From NCBI GenBank assembly GCA_965198115.1, contig OZ240241.1, forward strand, positions 4,288,001 through 4,352,000: 64,000 nt of DNA, read 5' to 3'. Source of the DNA: Candidatus Latescibacterota bacterium (lineage in GTDB: Bacteria; Latescibacterota; UBA2968). A program made the translations under genes and the position numbers. Under the pieces are notes generated by a model, which was not told where the DNA came from, did no database searches, and saw nothing but the letters and a program-made list of their open reading frames with translations. Of the stretch, positions 50,708 through 61,350 are shown piece by piece; position 1 is the stretch's first letter; every line of letters begins with the position of its first letter.

Positions 50708-51382
50708 TTGTCGTCGAACCTTCGTCAGAAACTGCTGATCCTGTATTTGCATTCTCCTGACCTCAACAGCAAAGTCGTTGCCTGGTCGGCTTACGACGGC
50801 GCGAGGGAGGAGATGAACACCTCGGGCGATTCGGAGGAGCCCCCCTACGGCTCCGTCGTCGAAGCGATGAACGACGGCTGGCGAGTGGTTCAGTTTCCCC
50901 AACAATTCCCGGCGTATCCTGAGTTCTTCTACTTTTCCCACGACACACCACGAGAGATGGGTGGCACGATGTTCCTGCCGGGCAGCCACTTTCGCCGCAT
51001 CTCCGAGTCGGATGTGGCCCGCTACCAGAATTTCCTCGGGCAGGTACCGATGGTCTGCGAAGCAGGTACCGTCGCCGTCGCTCACCACGGAATCTGGCAC
51101 TGCGCACAACCCAACCTGACCGGCAACAAGCGGTATATGTTCAAGCTCCGGCTCAACCCGACCGTCAGGCAGCGTCAACTATGGAACACCCACGACATCG
51201 AGGACCCCGAAATCGGCAAGATTCTGAGCACGAACCACGGGTGGTATGGTAACGAAGTCCGTTTGGAGATCGTCAATCGCATCAGATTCTGGCGCTTTCT
51301 CACAGGTAACGACGACTTCGACGTTTCCTATTGGCTGTCGAGACTCGAGAATAAGCCCGAGACCGAGCTCACCGTAAGCTGA
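50708..51382 (+). CDS. Probable deletion chimera: small hypothetical protein N-terminus joined to the C-terminal half of a PhyH dioxygenase
   Basis: GGT..LPGSH and H.GIWH...PN....RYM present, but no upstream HxD iron motif. Confidence 0.55.
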   Translation: MSSNLRQKLLILYLHSPDLNSKVVAWSAYDGAREEMNTSGDSEEPPYGSVVEAMNDGWRVVQFPQQFPAYPEFFYFSHDTPREMGGTMFLPGSHFRRISESDVARYQNFLGQVPMVCEAGTVAVAHHGIWHCAQPNLTGNKRYMFKLRLNPTVRQRQLWNTHDIEDPEIGKILSTNHGWYGNEVRLEIVNRIRFWRFLTGNDDFDVSYWLSRLENKPETELTVS

Positions 51383-51461
51383 CCTTCGGCAGTCGACAGG
51401 TCAGCGAAATCCTGAAACTTCCTTTGCGCAGCTCTGTCTGATTGGAAAAGCGACAAATCTG

Positions 51462-51554
51462 ATGACACGCACACGATCACTCACCGTCACCCAGCGAGCA
51501 GCCGCGATCGTTTTCACCACGATCGGTCCGGATCCGTACGTCCCGCCGGAATAG
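51462..51554 (+). CDS. Putative 30-aa leader peptide MTRTRSLTVTQRAAAIVFTTIGPDPYVPPE
   Basis: Hand translation; lies just before a strong terminator that precedes the MFS gene once the IS is removed. Confidence 0.45.
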   Translation: MTRTRSLTVTQRAAAIVFTTIGPDPYVPPE

Positions 51555-51579
51555 CTGACGCTCGAGAGCATCTACGCGG

Positions 51580-51615
51580 AGGCCCGCCGGCAGAAATGCC
51601 GGCGGGCCTTTTTTT
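51580..51615 (+). terminator. Intrinsic terminator (ISL3 target)
   Basis: AGGCCCGCCGGCA-GAAA-TGCCGGCGGGCC followed by T7. Confidence 0.85.
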
Positions 51616-53035
51616 GGCTATATCCGGATCTCTCAACGAGATGAAGTGGGTGAAGGTGCCGTGGTTCCTGGCATGGGGGCGCGGTTAGAGTGTGCGGAAC
51701 CTCTTCGGAATCTGCTCAGGGATGTTTATGTCTCCGACGGTAAGGAAGATCATATCGTTGAATGCGTCGAGTGTGCGGAATCCGCTGGCTCGGTTCTTGA
51801 CGATTTGGACGATTCGGTTGAGGCCTTCGGCGATGGCGTTGGTAAGACGCGTGTTCACGAATGCGAGGACGCCGAAGAAGTGCTGTCGCAGGGTCCTGAC
51901 GAACTTTCGCAGGGGTTCAAGTCGACTTCTGAGTGCGGACGTCGTCCAGCATTTCAGGAAGCGTTCGGCAGCCCAGGGCGCTTTGTATTCCCAGAACTGC
52001 TCGAACTCGTCCTTGAGTCTCCAGGCTCTATAGATTCGGTAGTTCGCCTTCTCCAGTGCTTTGAGTGTCCGAGTATCCCCTCTGGAGCGTGTCGCTGAGT
52101 GCCGGTAGAGGAGCCATCGGAGGCCCTTCATGGCTTTGCGCTCATCCGGGGCAGCTTTACGCCACTGGTCCTTACGGACCTCGTCAACGGCGGCATTGAG
52201 AGCCTTGACGATGTGAAAGCGATCGAGGACCAGCTTGGCATTCGGACAGTGTTCCTGGATGGCTCCGATGTAAGCTTCGCTCATGTCGCAGCAGGCCCAC
52301 TCGATCTTGGATCTCCGGTAGGGACTGAGAGCCTCTGTGAAGAACCGATCGATCGTTTTACGCGCCCTGCCGCGGCCAACCCACACCACGCAGGAGCGGT
52401 CCAGATCGTAAACGAGCGTGGCGTACCTGTGACGCTTGGCGTAGGAGATCTCGTCGATCCCGATGGTTTTGAGCCCTCGGATACGATGACCTTCACGAAG
52501 CCGCGTGATGGATCGGTGAAGGAGATCCGACAGCGTCGAGGCAGAGATGCGCAGCAACTCGGACGCCGCCTTCTGCGTCATGGTCTGGCAGTAGCGCAGC
52601 ATGGCATACTCGAAGCGATACGTCACCCGAGAGAACCGCTCCGCCCACGGAATCTCCTCGACCACACGACCGTGGGTAGGACACCGAATCTCCCGAGGAT
52701 GGTAGAGAAGCCAGACCCTCCACCCGCACACCGGAATGTCACGCCACCGACGCGGATGGGGCATTGTGCGGACGATTTTACCTCGACGGCCGCACTCCGG
52801 ACAACAACAACCATTCTTATGTGGCTTTACGGCGATGACGAAGCAGCTTCTCCCCTCAAACCACCAGCTGACAACACGGAACCCCTTGAATCTCAGCAGT
52901 TTCGATAGTAATCTGCTCCCGGTCATAGGTCGCACCCCCTTCGCTTTGATTGTCCTACACACACAACCAAGCGTAGGGAACGATCTATGACCTTGTCATT
53001 CTATAGTTTCACCGTTGAGAAACCCGGATAGAGCC
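51616..53035 (-). mobile_element. ISL3 family insertion sequence, copy 1 (1420 bp)
   Basis: 23-bp imperfect IRs GGCT(A/C)TATCCGG..TCTCAACG; flanked by T7 direct repeats. Confidence 0.95.
51685..52962 (-). CDS. ISL3 family transposase
   Basis: CPECG zinc finger, IGIDE, CCDMS..Y, DRFH, TN..AEG.N. Confidence 0.95.
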   Translation of the reverse strand: MCRTIKAKGVRPMTGSRLLSKLLRFKGFRVVSWWFEGRSCFVIAVKPHKNGCCCPECGRRGKIVRTMPHPRRWRDIPVCGWRVWLLYHPREIRCPTHGRVVEEIPWAERFSRVTYRFEYAMLRYCQTMTQKAASELLRISASTLSDLLHRSITRLREGHRIRGLKTIGIDEISYAKRHRYATLVYDLDRSCVVWVGRGRARKTIDRFFTEALSPYRRSKIEWACCDMSEAYIGAIQEHCPNAKLVLDRFHIVKALNAAVDEVRKDQWRKAAPDERKAMKGLRWLLYRHSATRSRGDTRTLKALEKANYRIYRAWRLKDEFEQFWEYKAPWAAERFLKCWTTSALRSRLEPLRKFVRTLRQHFFGVLAFVNTRLTNAIAEGLNRIVQIVKNRASGFRTLDAFNDMIFLTVGDINIPEQIPKRFRTL

Positions 53036-53055
53036 TTTTTTTATTGGAACACAAT

Positions 53056-54159
53056 GTGACCGATCGCTATCGCGCCAACATAACGCGCTACACGACCTAC
53101 CGGCTCTTTCGCAGCCTCCTCATCATCGGGCCCGTGCTCACGCCCTACCTGCCCGGCAAAGGGTTGAACTACGCCCAGATCCTTACGCTGCAGAGCATTG
53201 CGGCTGTTTCCGTCGTCGTGTTCGAGATCCCGACAGGCGCCATCGCCGACAAGGTCTCCCGAAAGCTCTCCCTAACCCTGTCGACGCTGCTCCACGCACA
53301 CCTACATCTACGCCACCGATTTCGTCTACCTGGCCGTCGCCGAAGCGCTGTTCGGCCTGGGAGCGACGTTCGGAAGCGGAGCGGATTCGGCCATCCTGTT
53401 CGAGAGTCTCGACCGGATAGGAAGGAAAGACGACTATGCGCGCGTCGAGAGTCGGACCGCCTCTCTCTCGTTCGTGGGTCAGGCCATTGGCTGTGTGGCG
53501 AGCAGTTGGCTCTACGTCATCGACCCGAACCTGCCGTTTGGCTTCAGTGTCGGCTTTATGCTCGTCGCAACAGGCGTCGGGTGGCTCCTCCACGAACCCG
53601 ATCGTGTGATCAGTACGCACACCTACGGCGCCCACGTCTGGTCGAGCCTCGCGGAGATGCGACACGCGCCGGCACTCCTGTGGGTCTCGGGCTCACGTCG
53701 ACGATGGGACTCGTCTACCGAACCGGCTTCTGGCTCTACGAACCCTACCTCAAGCTGAACGACGTGCCGGTCGCCTGGTACGGAACGATCTTCTTCATCT
53801 TCAACGTGATCGCCGCCCTCGTGGCCCGCCTGGGGGGTCGCATCCGTCGGGAACGTCGGGCTCTGCTGCTCGCCCTCCAGCAGATCGTCAGAGGCCTCTA
53901 TCGTCCCACACTGACTGCTTACGTCAACGAACGGATCCGGGACGAAAACCGGGCGACGATGATCTCGATCGTAGGCGTGGCTCCGAACCTCGCGTTCGCA
54001 GCGTTCTCTCCGTTCGTCGGACTCGCCTTCGATCGACTCGGCGTCGTCGCCACCTATGTATCGGTCGGCACGATCTCCGTGGTCGGTTGGATGATGCTCC
54101 TAACCACTCGCGTTAAAGAGCTGACCCGCCGAGAATCTCGCCTAGACAGCCTGGCGTGA
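53056..54159 (+). pseudogene. MFS transporter, frameshifted
   Basis: FEIPTGAIADK.SRK motif A; the hydrophobic middle part (GSGADSAILFESL) is in another frame between about 53290 and 53690. Confidence 0.8.
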
Positions 54160-54173
54160 TCGCTCTCCAAGGC

Positions 54174-54607
54174 TCAGGTCTGTGGCGGACTGAGACCTCG
54201 AACGGGGTTTCCCTCAGCCGCCCGGACTCGGGCCTCTGCCCACCGGAAGTGAATCACGAACAACACGACGCTGATGACCGTCACGATCAGACTCGTCACG
54301 ATCGACCGAGGGCCCGGTATCGAACGATCTCGCGATGTTCTTTCTTCGCTGCCTCGAACATTGTTTGTAATGCTTCGTCGCTGGGAACGTATCCGCTCTC
54401 TCCGTTGTCTGCCAGCACGTCGACCTTGTAGTTCTCGAACGACGCGTAGCTCGGTCCTCGATAGCGACGCGATTTAAGTGGATTTCTCGCATCCATCCCC
54501 GAACCGATGATCTCGATCACGGAAAGTAAAACGGTGACGATCGCGATAAGACACACAGCATAGCCGTAGATGGCTCCGATGGGATAGGATTTCCCGTTCA
54601 CCTTCAC
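54174..54607 (-). pseudogene. Two-TM membrane protein, frameshifted near 54308
   Basis: N-terminal TM IYGYAVCLIAIVTVLL; C-terminal TM SIVTSLIVTVISVVLFVIHFRW in a shifted frame; GAGGAG RBS. Confidence 0.6.
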
Positions 54608-54633
54608 CTCCTCGCGGACGATATCGCATTGAA

Positions 54634-55805
54634 CTAGTGTCTCGTCTCAGGAATAACTAGAAAAATTCGTGATACAGTCGTAAGGTTCCTCAGGCACTCA
54701 TTGTGAGGAGGAACCGATGGCAAGAGGTCGTCCGTTACAACCACTGAACATCAGTGATGAAGTCCGCGATCAACTCCAGTCGTTGTCCGGTTCGCGCAGC
54801 ATGCCTCACGCTCTGGTGCGTCGGGCGAAGATCGTCCTGCTGAGCGATGGTGGTCTGACCAATCAGGAGATCGCCGAACGAGTCGGGTTGTCCGGAGCGT
54901 CCGTTGGCAAATGGCGCCGTCGCTTCTGCGAGCAAGGCTTGATGGGACTGTATGACGAGTTACGTCCTGGTGGTCCGCGGTCCGTTAGCGACGAAGAGAT
55001 CTCCTCACTCATCTACAAGACGCTCAAGAAGAAGCCGAAGAATGCCACCCACTGGACCTGTCGAGCGATGGCCGATGAGACGGGCCTCTCAAAGTCCACA
55101 GTGCAACGTGTATGGAGAGCCTTTGGACTGCAGCCGCATCGGCAGAAGCACTTCAAGCTGTCGAACGATCCCTTCTTCGTCGAGAAAGTCAGGGATATCG
55201 TCGGTTTATACCTGAACCCGCCGGACAACGCAATGGTGCTCTGCATAGACGAGAAGAGCCAGATTCAAGCACTCGAACGGACGCAACCGATTCTCCCTTT
55301 GGGCCTCGGGTATGTCGAGGGCGTCACTCACAGCTATACACGGCACGGCACGACTACCCTCTTTGCGGCGCTCAACATCGCATCAGGAAAAGTCCTGACT
55401 CAGTGCAAGCCCAGACATCGCAACAGAGAGTTCCTTCAGTTCCTCAAGCACATTGACAAAAACGTCCCGAAGGATCTCGACATCCATCTGGTCGTCGATA
55501 ACTACGGCACTCACAAGCACCAGAACGTCAAACGTTGGCTCACCTCACGTAAAAGATACCACGTGCACTACACACCAACGTATGCCTCCTGGCTAAACCA
55601 GGTAGAGATCTGGTTCGGCATCATCACACAAAGAGCAATCCGACGAGGAACCTTTCGGAACGTCAAGGATCTGATCACCTGCATCCAGAAGTTCACAGAC
55701 CAATACAATCAGAACTCAAAGCCTTTCGTGTGGACGGCAACCGCTGACTCGATCCTCGACAAACTCAACAGACTTCTAAAACTTATTCGCGGGACACGAC
55801 ACTAG
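54634..55805 (+). mobile_element. IS630 family element, copy A (coordinates include the terminal CTAG)
   Basis: IRs CTAGTGTCTCGTCTCAGGAATAA / TTATTCGCGGGACACGACACTAG. Confidence 0.92.
54717..55805 (+). CDS. IS630 family transposase
   Basis: HTH, THWT, DEKSQIQAL.R, Y.RHGT, DNY.THK, SWLNQVE.WF. Confidence 0.95.
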   Translation: MARGRPLQPLNISDEVRDQLQSLSGSRSMPHALVRRAKIVLLSDGGLTNQEIAERVGLSGASVGKWRRRFCEQGLMGLYDELRPGGPRSVSDEEISSLIYKTLKKKPKNATHWTCRAMADETGLSKSTVQRVWRAFGLQPHRQKHFKLSNDPFFVEKVRDIVGLYLNPPDNAMVLCIDEKSQIQALERTQPILPLGLGYVEGVTHSYTRHGTTTLFAALNIASGKVLTQCKPRHRNREFLQFLKHIDKNVPKDLDIHLVVDNYGTHKHQNVKRWLTSRKRYHVHYTPTYASWLNQVEIWFGIITQRAIRRGTFRNVKDLITCIQKFTDQYNQNSKPFVWTATADSILDKLNRLLKLIRGTRH

Positions 55806-56717
55806 CCTGAATCATGCATGAATTTGAGTTTAGGTTGTTTTGGAGTGATGTGATCACGCACAGGATTTGTTCTCGGCTTCTTCGGATGTCCAAGGTCCCG
55901 TAAGCGGTCTCTACGAGTCGCAAGAGTCACGATTTTCGTCCGGAACAGGTGTTGTTTTGCGACGTGTACATAGCTGTCCCCGGTATAGATCGGCGTTGTT
56001 ACTGCGTGTTCGTTTCGAGCCTGGTGATGATTGACACCAAGACGTTTTTGAGTGGATACGATGTTGGAAAATGGAATCGGATTCTTCGTGCGCTTTCAAT
56101 GACTCTCGCGCCGATTTTGAGGAAACGGTTCTGTATCGTGTTGACCTGAGGTTTGGTCCACGCGGTGCCCTTGAGTCCCTGTGATCGGAGTGCGTGAAGC
56201 AAGGCGTATGCAGCACTGTGTAGAAAGAGTCGGAACTGGTTGGCTTCAAACTTGTGGCACGATGTTCGATCGGAGTGAAGGAATGTTTGTGGTCCTTGAT
56301 GAAGCCTTCCGTGCGTCCCCTTGCGCAGTAGATACGATCATAGATAAAGCCGTCTCGATTACTCTGTAAATTGGTCACGCGGTATCTTGGATTTGCTTCG
56401 CCGTTTGTGACTTCAGCCTTGTGAATGATCCGGCGAGGCTGCCGGTAGGTGCCAGCCTGATATGAGAAGGATGAGAACAAGCGAATCGTCTCCTTATGCT
56501 CGCTCAGACGTAGCGCTTGGTCCATCAGGTTTTGTCCAGCCGCTTTGAGCTTGGAGTTGGCGCCCTGGCCCAGAACGTAGTAGATACCGTTGTCTTCGCA
56601 GAAATCGTGCATCTCTGGTGAGCTGAACTTTGAGTCTGCGCGAACGATGATCTCCACGTTTGGCCAAGATCCGCGTAGGTGTTCCACCAAGCGCTTGAGA
56701 ATAGAAACGACCTGTTT

Positions 56718-58091
56718 GAGCTATAATCAAAAGGTGTGGAAAAAGAGAAAGGGCGACCCTACCCTTCCCGTGAGATAGTTGATTCACACAAAACCGGGTG
56801 AGAGGCCCGGTTGGGAAGGAGGATCGCCGTGAAGGAACATACGCATAGAGCCCCATTGAAGTCCATGCCGACGTGGGAGACGGTTGACGATTGGATCCGT
56901 GAAGAGATCCAGGGCCGGTTCCAGTCCATTCTGGAGGAGGAGGCGACCGCGTTCTTGGGCCGGTCGTGGTATGAGCGCCGAGCCGAGGTCGATAGCTCCA
57001 GGGGCTACAGGAACGGCTACGGCAAGCCCCGGCGTCTCTCGACGAGCTGCGGAACGATCAAGGTCCGGCGTCCCCGGGTTCGTGGTCTGGAAGAGCGGTT
57101 TGAAAGCCGCATCCTCCCCCTGTTCGCCCGGAGAACCAGGGCCATTGGAGATCTGCTTCCCGACCTTTATCTCCACGGTCTCTCCCAGGGCGACTTCGAG
57201 TTGTCTTTGCGTGCGCTGCTCGGTGATGGCGCGCCGCTTTCGCCGACCTCGATCGCTCGTCTTCGAGGGAAGTGGGAGGTCGACTTCCAGGACTGGAAAG
57301 AAAGGCGTCTGGATAATCGCGAACTGGTCTACGCCTGGGCTGATGGCATCTACGTCAAAGCCGGGCTCGAGCGCGAGAAGGCGTGTCTGCTGGTCGTGAT
57401 CGGCGCGATGAGCGACGGCAGCAAGGAGATCCTGGCGATAGAACCCGGTTATCGAGAGTCTACAGAATCCTGGCTCACGGTGCTCCGGGATCTCCGGGAT
57501 CGCGGGCTCGAACATCCTGTCCTGATCGCCGCGGACGGGAATATGGGCATCTGGGCGGCCGTTGATCAGGTCTGGCCAGAGAGCCGGCAACAACGGTGCT
57601 GGAACCACAAGATCCTCAACGTGCTCGACAAGGTCGCCAAGCGTGCACAGGCTGAAGCCCGCGCACTGCTCGTCCAGATCCCCTATGCCGGCACGAAAAA
57701 GGAGGCCGAGAAGCTCCGGAAACGCTTTGCCGCACGGTATCGCTCACAGTTCCCTGCCGCCGTGGAGACGCTCGAAAGAGACTGGGATCGGATGGTCACG
57801 TTCTACGACTTCCCGAAGGAACACTGGAAACACCTGAGAACCACGAACGTCGTCGAGAGCCCCTTTGCTTCCGTTCGGCTTCGCACAAACGCCGCCAGGC
57901 GATTCAAGAAAGTCAGGAACGCCACGACTCTCATCTGGCGTACGCTCAAGGTCGCAGAGAGCCGATTCAGGAAACTCACCGCGCCACACTTGCTACAACA
58001 AGTCTACGATCAGAAACACTCAACCGGACCGCAGGTCGAAGCCGGGAAGATGGCCGCCTGATTTCTTTTACACACCTATTGACCTGAGCTC
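56718..58091 (+). mobile_element. IS256 family element
   Basis: Imperfect IRs GAGCTATAATCAAAAGGTGTG / CACACCTATTGACCTGAGCTC; no target duplication visible. Confidence 0.88.
56829..58061 (+). CDS. IS256 (Mutator) family transposase
   Basis: YRNGY, LYL.GLS.GDF, WADG.Y, ADG..G, QRCW.HK, RTTN.VES. Confidence 0.93.
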   Translation: MKEHTHRAPLKSMPTWETVDDWIREEIQGRFQSILEEEATAFLGRSWYERRAEVDSSRGYRNGYGKPRRLSTSCGTIKVRRPRVRGLEERFESRILPLFARRTRAIGDLLPDLYLHGLSQGDFELSLRALLGDGAPLSPTSIARLRGKWEVDFQDWKERRLDNRELVYAWADGIYVKAGLEREKACLLVVIGAMSDGSKEILAIEPGYRESTESWLTVLRDLRDRGLEHPVLIAADGNMGIWAAVDQVWPESRQQRCWNHKILNVLDKVAKRAQAEARALLVQIPYAGTKKEAEKLRKRFAARYRSQFPAAVETLERDWDRMVTFYDFPKEHWKHLRTTNVVESPFASVRLRTNAARRFKKVRNATTLIWRTLKVAESRFRKLTAPHLLQQVYDQKHSTGPQVEAGKMAA

Positions 58092-58792
58092 CCCGGGTCT
58101 CAAGATCGTCGTAATGAGCTTGCCGCTTTGGCCTTCATAGATATGTAGCGGCATATAGCAGTGTTCATTGTAATACGCGTTGAAGAGTGAAAATTGTTGC
58201 GCACCGTGCGTTGGGTCATCCGTGTCGTCGATATCGAGAATGATGCTTGGGGGTGCCTGGTCATACGATGCGATGAACCCGTCTACAAAAGCCCGTGCGA
58301 GCCGATACAAATCCGAGCGTCGCACATCATTCTCAAGTCGTGTCATCGTTGATTGGCTCCCGAGATCAGGACCGGAAAGAGGAAGCCGATCGCAGGCAGC
58401 CTTGACGCCCGGATCGTGGCGCAAATCATCACAATCGACGGCATCTTCATAGCCGCAAGCGATCTGAAAAACACGCTGCTTCACAAGATCCAAAAGCGTG
58501 TGATCGATATAGCTTGGGTGACGACGATCTCGCAAAGCATCTACCATTCTGGCGATCAATCCCATCTGAGACTCAAGGGCGCGAAGCAACAGAACTCCAC
58601 CGTCACTCCTGACGGCGCCACCGGCAAAATCAGCCTCAACTACCTTGCCCGAAATGCTTGCGAATGGTAACCGGATCTGACTAGGTTCTATCACGGTAGT
58701 TCCTTCCAAGTGTTGTTTTGATGTGTCAGCCCTAATGTAGGGAAAAACAAACACTTGTACAAGGAGACTACCTTTTTTATGCATAATTCAGG

Positions 58793-59966
58793 CTAGCGTT
58801 CACGTCCCAGGAATAACTAGAAAAATATTCGATTCTGTCGTATGGTTCCTCAAGCACTCATTCTTGGGAGGAACCGATGGCTAGAGGTCGTCCGTTACAG
58901 CCACTGAACATCAGTGATGAGGTCCACGATCAACTCGAGTCATTGTCTCGTTCGCGTAGCATGTCTCACGCTTTGGTGCGTCGCGCGAAGATCGTCTTGA
59001 TGAGCGATTGCGGTCTGACCAATCAGGAGATCGCGGAACGAGTCGGGTTGTCCGGAGCGTCTGTCGGCAAGTGGCGTCGTCGCTTCTGCGAGCAAGGCTT
59101 GATGGGACTGTATGACGAATTGCGTCCTGGAGGGCCACGGTCGGTCAGCGACGAAGAGATCTCCTCCCTCATCTACAAGACGCTCAAGAAGCAACCGAAG
59201 GGTGCCACCCACTGGGACCTGTCGTTCGATGGCCGACGAGACGGGGCTCTCCAAGTCCTCGGTTCAACGTGTATGGAAAGCTTTTGGACTGCAACCGCAT
59301 CGACAGAAGCACTTCAAACTGTCGAACGATCCCTTCTTCGTCGAGAAAGTCAGGGATATCGTCGGTCTATACCTGAACCCACCGGACAACGCGATGGTGC
59401 TCTGTGTAGACGAGAAGAGCCAGATTCAAGCACTCGAACGGACACAACCGATTCTTCCTTTGGGTCTCGGATACGTCGAGGGCGTCACTCACAGCTATAT
59501 CCGGAACGGCACGACCACCCTCTTTGCAGCGCTCAACATCGCATCCGGCAAAGTTCTGACTCAGTGCAAGCCCAGACACCGCAACAAAGAGTTCCTTCAG
59601 TTCCTCAAGCACATCGACAAGAACGTCCCAAAGGATCTCGACATCCATCTGGTCGTCGATAATTACGGCACGCACAAGCACCCGAACGTCAAGCGTTGGC
59701 TCGCCTCACGGAAACGATATCACGTGCACTACACACCAACATATGCCTCCTGGCTGAACCAGGTAGAGATCTGGTTCGGTATCATCACCCAAAGAGCCAT
59801 TCGACGAGGCACCTTCAGAAGCGTCAAGGACCTGATCGCCTGCATCAAGAAATTCACTGATCACTACAACGAGAATTCTACACCCTTCGTCTGGACCGCC
59901 ACGGCAGATTCAATCCTCGAGAAAGTCCATAAACTTTTGAAGCTTATACGCGGGACGTGACACTAG
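58793..59966 (+). mobile_element. IS630 family element, copy B (diverged relative of copy A)
   Basis: Ends CTAGCGTTCACGTCCCAGGAATAA and TTATACGCGGGACGTGACACTAG. Confidence 0.9.
58877..59960 (+). pseudogene. IS630 transposase with a +1 frameshift near 59214
   Basis: CACTGGGACC here versus CACTGGACC in the intact copy A. Confidence 0.85.
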
Positions 59967-60015
59967 TGGCCTATCACGAAAGTATTACTGGACTTTTGCT
60001 GCCAGACTAAGCGGC

Positions 60016-60139
60016 GTCAGTTCGAGCGTAGTCGAGAACACGCCCATTACGAATCACGAATAGGAACTTCTCGACTCCGCTCGAAGTGACCCTGCTCTCC
60101 TGATTTCAAAGGGCGATCAACGTAACAGTTCGCCCCTAC
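60016..60139. repeat. REP-like palindromic elements
   Basis: GTCAGTTCGAGCGTAGTCGAGAA...TTCTCGACTCCGCTCGAAGTGAC (60016-60090) and AGGGCGA...TCGCCCTAC (GTAG type on the minus strand). Confidence 0.6.
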
Positions 60140-60285
60140 GAACTGGCGACAATCAAGGACAGTCCCAACAGAATGCCTTGCCCTCCACGGGTTTGTCAAA
60201 GCCACTCGCAGGCGCTATCTTCCCGCCCCGAAAGGTTACCCTTGTTCGGTGTGACCGCCAAAATCGATCGAAAGGATTCACCAAA

Positions 60286-61350
60286 ATGGTAAGATCGCTC
60301 AAGGTCGGCATTGTCGGCGTGGGTGGCATCTCGCGCTCCCATCTCCCCGGATGGGAGGCTTCCGAACACGCCGAAGTCGTCGCTGGCAGCGATGTGAACG
60401 GCAAGGTGCTCAAAGCCTGGGGACAGCGTCAGGGCATCACCCAGCTGTCGACTGATCCCAAGGACCTGTTCAAGGACCCCGACATCGACATCATCGATGT
60501 CTGCACACCCAACAACTACCACGCCCCCCTTTCGATCGCGGCCCTGAATGCCGGAAAAAACGTCATCTGTGAAAAGCCGTTGGCTCCGAACCCCGCAGCC
60601 GTCAGAAAAATGATCGCCGCCCGCGACAGATCAAAGAAGCTGCTGATGACGGCCCAGCACTTTCGCTTCGGAGGCGGCGCGAAAGCGATGAAAGCCGAAC
60701 TCGACACCGGGGCCCTCGGCGACATCTACCACGCGAGGAGCTGGATGCTTCGGCGATCGGGTGCGCCGGTTCGCCCCGGCTTCATCCTCAAAGAGCACAG
60801 TGGTGGCGGGCCCTGCATCGACATCGGCGTGCACATCCTCGACCTGACCCTCTGGTTTATGGGCAATCCGAATCCCGTCGCCGTTTCGGGCGTCGCGCGC
60901 AAGGAGATCGCCAACCAACGCGGGGCTTTCACGGGTATGGGCGGGGGCGCCCGGATGCCGAAAAAAATGGACGTCGAAGACTTCGCCGCGGCATTCGTCC
61001 GCTTCGAGAACGGCGCGACCCTCATCATCGAAGTCAGCTGGCTGCTGCACCACGACACGCAGGGTGAGGATATGCAGATGTGGTTGTACGGTACGAAAGG
61101 CGGCAGTCACTGGCCGAAGTGCGAATTCTACGAGAGCAACAACCAGACGCGCCAGCACTACAATCGCACGCTTAAGAGCACGCGCGACACGATGGAACCG
61201 CACGCCCTCGAATGCGTCGAATTCGCCCGGGCGATCGTCGACGGGGCGCCTTCACCCGTGCCCGCCGAGCAGTCGTTGCAGGTGATGGCAATTCTGGATG
61301 GGATCTATCGGAGTCAGGAGCAAGGGAAAGAGGTGAGAGTAAGGATTTAG
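60286..61350 (+). CDS. Gfo/Idh/MocA family oxidoreductase
   Basis: GIVGVGGI, TPN..H, CEKP, GGG...DIGVH.LD. Confidence 0.93.
   Translation: MVRSLKVGIVGVGGISRSHLPGWEASEHAEVVAGSDVNGKVLKAWGQRQGITQLSTDPKDLFKDPDIDIIDVCTPNNYHAPLSIAALNAGKNVICEKPLAPNPAAVRKMIAARDRSKKLLMTAQHFRFGGGAKAMKAELDTGALGDIYHARSWMLRRSGAPVRPGFILKEHSGGGPCIDIGVHILDLTLWFMGNPNPVAVSGVARKEIANQRGAFTGMGGGARMPKKMDVEDFAAAFVRFENGATLIIEVSWLLHHDTQGEDMQMWLYGTKGGSHWPKCEFYESNNQTRQHYNRTLKSTRDTMEPHALECVEFARAIVDGAPSPVPAEQSLQVMAILDGIYRSQEQGKEVRVRI

Larger units (their letters stand above)
55999..58694 (-). pseudogene. IS1380 transposase, split by IS256 and frameshifted near 56285
   Basis: SDGG.LL, GYED..D...LR.DP, DID.TDD..HG.Q, RADS.F, Y..RG..E..IK. 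Confidence 0.9.
55806..58792 (-). mobile_element. IS1380 family element interrupted by IS256
   Basis: IRs CCTGAATCATGCAT / ATGCATAATTCAGG; flanked by CTAG on both sides. Confidence 0.9.

Noticed and set aside
59205-59225. Programmed frameshift in the IS630B transposase
   Set aside because: Copy A is a single ORF and B differs by one extra G with no slippery A-run
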